Assembly (NCBI GenBank): GCA_964386395.1
Contig: CAYLRV010000001.1
Coordinates: 23,807 to 87,806, forward strand
Length of the DNA: 64,000 bases
Origin: an uncultured Chitinophaga sp.
Lineage (GTDB): Bacteria; Bacteroidota; Bacteroidia; Chitinophagales; Chitinophagaceae
Direction of reading: 5' to 3'
The notes under the pieces: generated by a model
Told to the model about the DNA's origin: nothing
Seen by the model: the letters and a program-made list of their open reading frames with translations, nothing else
The model's database searches: none
Position numbers and translations under genes: made by a program
Shown: piece by piece, positions 57,664-64,000 of the stretch
Position numbering within the stretch: position 1 is the stretch's first letter
Layout: every line of letters starts with the position of its first letter

Positions 57664-58707
57664 ATGAAGATATTCTACGCCGTACAGGCCACGGGCAATG
57701 GCCATATCAGCCGGGCCATGGAATTATTACCGCACTTGCAGCAACATGGCACAGTGGATGTTTTTTTAAGCGGCAACAACAGCCATCTTGAACCCAATTT
57801 GCCGGTAAAATTCAGAAGTAAGGGCCTCAGCCTGTATTATAATTGTAAAGGCGGGCTTAGCTACTGGAAAATGCTGAAAGACTTCCATCCCTTCCGAATA
57901 AGACAGGAGATAAAAGACTTACCGGTGGAAAACTATGATTTGGTACTGAATGATTTTGATTATATCACTTCCGCAGCCTGTGCGGCAAAGAAAGTACCAT
58001 CGGTACATTTTGGCCACCAGGCCAGTTTTCAATCAGCGGACACTCCACGCCCTGCATCTGTCAGCCAAACCGGTGAATGGTTGCTGAAGAACTATGTGAA
58101 AGCTACGCATCATGTGGGCATTCACTTTAAACGCTATGCTGATTTTATTTTCCCTGCCGTGGTAAAGAAGGCTATTTTACTGGCCGAGCCAGTTGATAAG
58201 AACTATGTCACGGTTTATCTTCCTTCCTATTGTGAAAAGCAACTGACCGCTATCCTGCATGGCCTGCCGGACTTTCGTTTTGAAGTATTTTCCCGTGAGG
58301 CAAGTGCAGTAAGAACAGAAAAAAACATAACTTTTATTCCCATTCAAAAAGATCGGTTTACGGAGAGCCTGATCAATTGTACCGGTATTATTTCCGGTGG
58401 TGGTTTTGAAACACCTGCGGAGGCATTGCATTTAGGTAAACGCATAATTGCCATACCTATCCGCGGGCAGTATGAGCAGCAGTGTAATGCGGCGGCATTG
58501 GCGGGCACTGGTGCGCTATGCCTGGACAAGATAGACGACCAATTCCCAAACTTATTTCACCAATGGATAAGCGGCCCGGCCCCTGCTGCCTGCAATTATA
58601 ATGGCGCTGCTGAAGCCTGTATTGAGTATATCCTTTCACTCCAACTCCATCGTCGCCCTCACTACGCATATCCTGCCACAGCAGACAATGGAGGAAAGGC
58701 GGCATAA
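57664..58707 (+). CDS. glycosyltransferase, GT1/GT28 (MGT)-like
   Basis: The N-terminus (IFYAVQATGNGHISRAMEL) resembles the MurG/MGT Gly-rich loop, and the C-terminal region (GGFETPAEALHLGKRIIAIP) resembles the UDP-sugar-binding part of MurG/MGT-type glycosyltransferases. Confidence 0.55.
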   Translation: MKIFYAVQATGNGHISRAMELLPHLQQHGTVDVFLSGNNSHLEPNLPVKFRSKGLSLYYNCKGGLSYWKMLKDFHPFRIRQEIKDLPVENYDLVLNDFDYITSAACAAKKVPSVHFGHQASFQSADTPRPASVSQTGEWLLKNYVKATHHVGIHFKRYADFIFPAVVKKAILLAEPVDKNYVTVYLPSYCEKQLTAILHGLPDFRFEVFSREASAVRTEKNITFIPIQKDRFTESLINCTGIISGGGFETPAEALHLGKRIIAIPIRGQYEQQCNAAALAGTGALCLDKIDDQFPNLFHQWISGPAPAACNYNGAAEACIEYILSLQLHRRPHYAYPATADNGGKAA

Positions 58708-58896
58708 AAAAACCATCCCGGAGAACCGGAATGGTTAACTGCTTGAGAAAAATCGGGAATTTACGCTAACGGTAAGCGCAGCTGTTATGCAACCTGATCA
58801 AGAACTGGTGCAAAATTGACGGCTGCTTGTTACCAGTTTATTTCGTTGTGGTTAAGCTATCGTTACGTTATTCAGTGCCTGGCTTTCACAAACGAG

Positions 58897-58951
58897 TTAT
58901 AGGCATACTATAGGCGAATTATAGGCATATTATAGGCGTACTATAGGCAAA
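58897..58951. repeat. 5 tandem copies of an 11-bp repeat, (C/T)TATAGGC(A/G)(A/T)A
   Basis: The copies are TTATAGGCATA, CTATAGGCGAA, TTATAGGCATA, TTATAGGCGTA and CTATAGGCAAA. They sit in a convergent intergenic region and are followed by two TATAGAT half-sites. Confidence 0.7.
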
Positions 58952-59047
58952 CATCGCTATAGATGCTGTATAGATATTGTACTGATATGGTAGCTGTCAC
59001 CGATAGTTTAACAGTCATTAAGTTGTTGTTATCGTATTTATTCCTGC

Positions 59048-60862
59048 TTAGTTTGATTTCTTTTTCATGGCGGCATTTTCTGCTTCCAGTTTTTCCAGGC
59101 GCTTGTTCATCTCAATCATATGCAGGGTCATTTCTTCAATTTTCTTCAGGAGTACCGCCTGCCCGTCACCAAGATCAAGGCCTTCTTTTTCTATTTCTTT
59201 TGCAGAGGGAACGCCGGGCAGGTGACTATTGGCTTTTATGAACTGTTCTGTTTCAGGGAGGGTTGGCAGGTTGTAACTGGGCTTAAATACATAATCAGGC
59301 CAGATGCTTGACTGCAATTTTACCCTTACCTTTTCAGCAATAACATTGCCTGCTACTGCCAGTTTGTAATTGCCTGTGGCAGGAAAAGTAGTGACAGCAC
59401 CAATACTAACTTCTCCGTTAAGATGCGTGGTGCCGCTTACAGCCAGCTTGTATGCCGGCGTAGTGACACCTATACCTACATTTCCACTATTGTAATATAT
59501 ATCAGAACCGGTTGTTGTCCATTGGCTGCTACCACCACCGCTACCTACTGCAGACCAGCCTGAGGATTTATATTGATAGAGCCCTTCAGTGCCATCTGTT
59601 TGGTAGACTACTAAGCCTGTGGCAGGACTGCTGATGGCAGAACGTTGTGTTGCTGTCATACGGGGTGGCAGGAAACCCTTTGTTGTGGAATTGGCTGTTA
59701 GTACTGCACTCGATGCAATACCGCCGTCTCCAAATGATCCATTACCGTAACTATAAAAATCACCATTCCCATAAAATATATGGGTAGTCGGGCCGGAGAA
59801 GGTTGGCACATTTATGCCAATATCACCCGAGGAGTTAATGATGCCAATTCCCCTGGATATCACACCACTTAAGTCGAGTGTCAACGATGGACGTATATTA
59901 TCCCTGATCTGTATACCAGCATTACCACTGCTTGTTTCTGTTACCAGAGATGTGGCTGCGCCAGTATACAGGTATGATGTGGCGGTTGCAGAATAAGACA
60001 GCATGGACACATTACCTGTAAATCGGCCAGTACCATTCACATCAAGTTTATAAGCTGGCGATGTGGTTCCAATACCAAGGCGGCCAGCATCATCAAAGAA
60101 GGCGGTGGTGATTGCATTGGCACCGATAGATAATGTTGTTGTACCGGGCCTGGCTCTTGTATTAATAGCATTTGGAGTAAGTTCAAGCCCATCCAATCCA
60201 TCGTTATCAGAATTGATTCGCAGTTTTCTTTTTAATATGACATTGTCGTTTTGCCCGCCATCGTGTTTACCCATTAAATATAGCGGGCCGTTATTGGCTA
60301 CCAGCATACCTCCAGAAGCCCGGTACGAATACAGCGCATCTATCTCCGCACCATCCGGGTTAATTACCCACCCGTATGAACTGCTGTTACCAAAAATAGC
60401 TTTGCCGGTACCGCGAATAGTGCCATCAACTTCCAGTTTATGAGCCGGGCTGGTGGTGCCAATACCCACATTACCATCGGAAGCAACCCTGAACCTTGCC
60501 AGGCTGTTTGTATAAATCGTATAATTGGCATTTTCATAACCGTACAAATAAAGATCGTTGCTATTATTTGCCCCATATCCAAAATTCCAGCCACCGCCTG
60601 CATTGGTAGATTGCTTCAGGTGCATCACCAGCTGTCCTGTTTGGGCCGTACTGCCGAAATGAAAACTGGGTCCCCCCACTTTTAAACTACCGTTTACATC
60701 CAGCCTTACCGTTGGGTTGTTGGTGCCGATACCTACATTACCCAGTTGAGTATTATAGATATCATCGCTGGTGCTGCCTACAGAAGACCAGAGTGCCTGT
60801 GCATTGGCCATACTTGCTGACAGCAAAGCAACTGCCAGGATCATTACTTGTATTATTCGCAT
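59048..60862 (-). CDS. tail-fiber-domain protein with C-terminal intramolecular-chaperone-like domain
   Basis: Has a signal peptide and repeated GNVGIGT..P..KL.V.G blocks. The C-terminus (WPDYVFKPSYNLPTLPETEQFIKANSHLPGVPSAKEIEKEGLDLG...LLKKIEEMTLHMIEMNKRLEKLEAEN) is typical of Bacteroidota tail-fiber-domain proteins. Confidence 0.6.
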   Translation of the reverse strand: MRIIQVMILAVALLSASMANAQALWSSVGSTSDDIYNTQLGNVGIGTNNPTVRLDVNGSLKVGGPSFHFGSTAQTGQLVMHLKQSTNAGGGWNFGYGANNSNDLYLYGYENANYTIYTNSLARFRVASDGNVGIGTTSPAHKLEVDGTIRGTGKAIFGNSSSYGWVINPDGAEIDALYSYRASGGMLVANNGPLYLMGKHDGGQNDNVILKRKLRINSDNDGLDGLELTPNAINTRARPGTTTLSIGANAITTAFFDDAGRLGIGTTSPAYKLDVNGTGRFTGNVSMLSYSATATSYLYTGAATSLVTETSSGNAGIQIRDNIRPSLTLDLSGVISRGIGIINSSGDIGINVPTFSGPTTHIFYGNGDFYSYGNGSFGDGGIASSAVLTANSTTKGFLPPRMTATQRSAISSPATGLVVYQTDGTEGLYQYKSSGWSAVGSGGGSSQWTTTGSDIYYNSGNVGIGVTTPAYKLAVSGTTHLNGEVSIGAVTTFPATGNYKLAVAGNVIAEKVRVKLQSSIWPDYVFKPSYNLPTLPETEQFIKANSHLPGVPSAKEIEKEGLDLGDGQAVLLKKIEEMTLHMIEMNKRLEKLEAENAAMKKKSN

Positions 60863-60972
60863 ACCTGTTGGTTTTAGTTATGTTAATTCTTTTTTATTGT
60901 AAAAAAACTACTCTTAAATAAATGCCACCCACGCTGTTCTGAGTTTGCAACTCAGGACACGACACTCACATA

Positions 60973-61548
60973 CTATATTAATACAACTTCCAGCAATCCG
61001 CACTTCTTTCCAAACGCATAATCCCTGCCGCTGCTATACAAATAATCTTCGGGCTTGAGTACTATCCATGCTTCCACAGGATTATTATGAATATAGTTCA
61101 GCTTTTGTACAGTAAACCCTGAACTAAAAAGCTCTTTTGGCTGATTATCTTGCCTCCAGAACTGGTAGTTACTATTCCGGCTGTTGCACTCTCCCGCTTT
61201 TCTAAATATTTCCAGCATCCATTCCCTCCTGCTTTCTTTTTTATTTTCCTGTATAGCTTTTATAATTTTTTTACTGGTAAACTTCTTAAAGTCCCTTAAT
61301 ATCTCACTTGTATCATTGCTTTTGGCCGCCACTACCATATGGATATGGTTGCTCATCAAGCACCATGCATATAACACCAATCCCTTTTCTGCCTGGCAAT
61401 ACCTGATACTTTCCAGCACGATGTCCCTGTATTCCTTTCTTGTAAACACGTCCACCCATTCGACTACGGCAAATGTTATAAAATGAATACCTTCTTTGTT
61501 TCGTATTTTATAACCTCCGTCATTGATATTTTCATCCGTTTGCTTCAT
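60973..61548 (-). CDS. IS200/RAYT-like Y1 HuH transposase
   Basis: Has the HuH motif (NHIHMVVA) and the catalytic Tyr region (YIHNNPV). It is flanked by REP-like hairpins CTGAGTT-TGC-AACTCAG (60935..60951) and CTGAGAC-ACA-GTCTCAG (61653..61669). Confidence 0.75.
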   Translation of the reverse strand: MKQTDENINDGGYKIRNKEGIHFITFAVVEWVDVFTRKEYRDIVLESIRYCQAEKGLVLYAWCLMSNHIHMVVAAKSNDTSEILRDFKKFTSKKIIKAIQENKKESRREWMLEIFRKAGECNSRNSNYQFWRQDNQPKELFSSGFTVQKLNYIHNNPVEAWIVLKPEDYLYSSGRDYAFGKKCGLLEVVLI

Positions 61549-61760
61549 TTTTACAGATAGCCTTAGTTGTTAACTAAAACAAATAATATTCCTTTTTACT
61601 TTAGCAGCATATACTGCTGTCTATTTTTACGGCTTTTACAAAGCCGGTACTGAGACACAGTCTCAGCACAGCCTTTCAACATTTTTTTACGACTTCATCG
61701 TTTCCTGTTGATTTTATCGTTCTCCCTTTTTTGCCGAACACTACGGACAGCGGGGGAACA

Positions 61761-62210
61761 TTACCACACTCCTATGAACTTTGTTTCCTTTTGATAAACA
61801 ATTGTCTCCAAAGCTTCAAAAAAATTACGCCCAATTTCAAAAATTGCATCATCGTCAGCTATAAAAAAAACTCCTGAATAAGATACTAATAATAATCCTG
61901 AATAGAAATGTACACACCCAACAGCTATTATTTTATCCTGAATCAAAAGCTCACATTTCTTTATAGCTTTTTTGTCAACGCCCAACCCATAATCTATATT
62001 TAGCTTGATATTGCTAAACTGGCCATCCGGCGTTTTAAACTCCAATTCAATATTCCAAAATTCTGTTAATAAACTTGCAATCAATTGATTGGGCAGATTG
62101 TATCCTCTCTTATTCAGGTCCTCAATCATATAATCTATTTCAATCTTTCGGCCAGGGTACCATCCAGATTCTTCTAAAATTTCTCTTATCTGATTATTCA
62201 TTAGTTTCAT
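61761..62210 (-). CDS. probable immunity protein for the adjacent RHS toxin
   Basis: A 149 aa ORF sits immediately downstream of the RHS C-terminal domain on the same strand, which is the canonical toxin-immunity arrangement. Confidence 0.45.
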   Translation of the reverse strand: MKLMNNQIREILEESGWYPGRKIEIDYMIEDLNKRGYNLPNQLIASLLTEFWNIELEFKTPDGQFSNIKLNIDYGLGVDKKAIKKCELLIQDKIIAVGCVHFYSGLLLVSYSGVFFIADDDAIFEIGRNFFEALETIVYQKETKFIGVW

Positions 62211-62222
62211 CGTAATAATTTT

Positions 62223-64000
62223 TTAATTCCCTTTTGTTCCTTTTAGAGTTTGAACACAATTGGCACATGCTGGAACTGCTTTAATCGGGTTAGGCTTAAT
62301 ATAGTCTAAAGTAATTGGGCTATTTCCCCTATAGCTAAATCCGCTTTTTAAAGTAAATGAACTTGAATATATCGTTGCCTCATCAGTAACTAGTAGCGCT
62401 TGTGAAACTGTAATATTTCTCTTTTTTATTCCCAAATTTAAAAGTGTATTTATTGCTTTTGGCTCTGCGCACTGCAATGCTGGCCTTCCACTTTTCATCA
62501 AACTCACCAATGGAGCTTTCAGGTTTCTATTAATATTCATTGGATAATGACTTCCATTAACTCCAACAGAAACAAAGCCATTCCCTTCAGCTGCTGATAC
62601 TACTTGAATACCTTTATTATTAATTGGAGCTAAATGTGTCATCTTGAGAATAGCATAATCATTTGCAGCCATTTGAGCAGTATATTTTGCAGCAGGAGCA
62701 GATGCGATTTTTATACCACTGGAGATCTTCGAAGTATAACCTGGGGCTAGGAAAGCAATTCCATTCTCCAAGGTTTGAGGATTTTTGAGAGCATTCCATG
62801 AGTCCTCTAATTGTACTCCAAATGGAGTGTTCCAGGTATAATTCCATGAGCTTACGACACTATTGTTAATACCACTACTTATAACATTTAACTCATCAGC
62901 CAAATCAGCAAAAAAAGTTCCATTCTTAATACTATTTACGCCTTTGATGGTTCCATTCGTAAAATCCACAACTGTCCAATTCCATGCTTTTATTAGTCCA
63001 TTAGGCACCGCACTTAACCAGTCTACAAGATTTCCTTGCTGAGGAATTGTACGAACATATCCTACATATGGAATATCATTAGCTGTCTTAGGATCTGCGC
63101 ATTCTCCGCTATGTTCTTTTCCGCAGACCGGGCAATTCCCACCGGCATGGTCACCATTCACATCAGATAAAAGAACTGGATTCCCTGCAAAACATAAATA
63201 AGAACTTTCATATTCTTTAACTATCGGGTCCACATTCCACCTCCTCACAATCCTTGCATCATACTGCCAGAACTCTGCAGTTGTACTATTAGCTCCAATT
63301 TCCGGCGTTTTCTCCTGCCCGTTTATTGAGTACCGGTAACTGCTGCCCGCCTGCTCAAATTTCCGGCCCGGCATTTCCATACCACCACTGTAGCCGTCAA
63401 CGGCTGTAGCCACATCAGCCGTGTAATATGCTACCGTTGTATTGTTGGTACTCACCTGTATCTTCCTGTCACTCACCGTTACCAGCACATTCCCTAAATG
63501 GTTACTCAGCTCATACACCGTACTGCCCCTTTCAAAACTGTAGATACCTATTGTATTTGCAACCGGGTTCTCCACATTTACATCGCGGTTCACAATACCG
63601 AGACGACTGCTGCCATAGAGGTGTACTTCGGCTTGTATCAAATCCTTCATCGAGCCACCAATTACATCCGAAGGCAATGGCAGCTTTTCATATACACTCA
63701 TTACATTACCACTGGCATCACGCACATAAATAGTGGTGCTGGGGCCGCCCGTTGCTATAGGAGGAGTTACCACTTTGCTGATACGATTACCACCTGCATC
63801 ATAGGTATAAGCAATCGTAGTAGTTTCACCACTCTTCACTTTAGTTATGCTGCTTATTTTTCCATATACATTCCACTCAATATTAGTAATACCTTCTTTT
63901 ATATCTTTTACCAGGTTACCAATCTCATCGTACTCATAATTATCATCTGCCTGGTTGTCTATATCTTCCTGGTAGTTAGCATCGCCTATGGCATCTTTTA
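62223..64000 (-). CDS. RHS/YD-repeat polymorphic toxin, C-terminal part (5' end lies outside the window)
   Basis: YD repeats are present (YTYDAGGNRISK, YEYDEIGNLVKD), with the core-end motif WQYDARIVRRWNVDP followed by a roughly 350 aa unique C-terminal domain. The ORF stays open to the window edge. Confidence 0.8.
   Translation of the reverse strand, partial: KDAIGDANYQEDIDNQADDNYEYDEIGNLVKDIKEGITNIEWNVYGKISSITKVKSGETTTIAYTYDAGGNRISKVVTPPIATGGPSTTIYVRDASGNVMSVYEKLPLPSDVIGGSMKDLIQAEVHLYGSSRLGIVNRDVNVENPVANTIGIYSFERGSTVYELSNHLGNVLVTVSDRKIQVSTNNTTVAYYTADVATAVDGYSGGMEMPGRKFEQAGSSYRYSINGQEKTPEIGANSTTAEFWQYDARIVRRWNVDPIVKEYESSYLCFAGNPVLLSDVNGDHAGGNCPVCGKEHSGECADPKTANDIPYVGYVRTIPQQGNLVDWLSAVPNGLIKAWNWTVVDFTNGTIKGVNSIKNGTFFADLADELNVISSGINNSVVSSWNYTWNTPFGVQLEDSWNALKNPQTLENGIAFLAPGYTSKISSGIKIASAPAAKYTAQMAANDYAILKMTHLAPINNKGIQVVSAAEGNGFVSVGVNGSHYPMNINRNLKAPLVSLMKSGRPALQCAEPKAINTLLNLGIKKRNITVSQALLVTDEATIYSSSFTLKSGFSYRGNSPITLDYIKPNPIKAVPACANCVQTLKGTKGN

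Noticed and set aside
59048-60862. Prophage region, inferred from the tail-fiber-domain protein.
   Set aside because: No capsid, terminase, integrase or other phage genes are nearby. Tail-fiber-domain proteins with this C-terminus are common stand-alone surface proteins in Bacteroidota.

Overview
This 64 kb window reads as chromosomal DNA from a Bacteroidota (Chitinophagaceae-like) genome. The phylum call rests on T9SS C-terminal sorting domains, a GxxExxY protein and REP-associated tyrosine transposases. Ordinary content includes a sulfatase, a GH63-like hydrolase, tandem AmpD-like amidases, fused isobutyryl-CoA mutase (IcmF), an M1 peptidase, RidA and TsaB. It also includes a persulfide dioxygenase-rhodanese gene, RtcB, an SPFH protein, the umuDC genes, a PhoBR-like two-component pair, a di-heme cytochrome c peroxidase, two giant T9SS surface proteins, a tail-fiber-like protein and an RHS toxin with its immunity gene. 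The standout feature is a tightly packed minus-strand array of about 15 tRNA or tRNA-like genes at 34.87-36.29 kb. Hand folding finds some canonical members (Phe-GAA, Ile-GAU, Ser-GCU, Tyr-GUA, Met-CAU, Lys-UUU) and some non-canonical ones (a class-I-shaped Leu-UAG, an Ile-UAU, degenerate units). Four or five units carry a precise 20-nt near-palindromic insertion in the middle of the T-loop TTC|GAA, present in both orientations, which would turn the T-arm into a long hairpin. The array sits immediately upstream of an RNase-H-like DUF458 protein and an AAA+ ATPase. It is flanked within a few kb by RtcB, a 2H-phosphoesterase (LigT-like), a GxxExxY PD-(D/E)xK protein and tRNA 3'-fragment scars. 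Other points of interest are an APH-fold kinase fused to a RapZ C-terminal domain next to a MurU-like nucleotidyltransferase, several conserved intergenic motifs, a catalytically substituted UmuD-like protein separated from umuC by a RAYT, and an RHS toxin locus. No tRNA-scanning or database tools were run, so all tRNA calls are manual cloverleaf folds.
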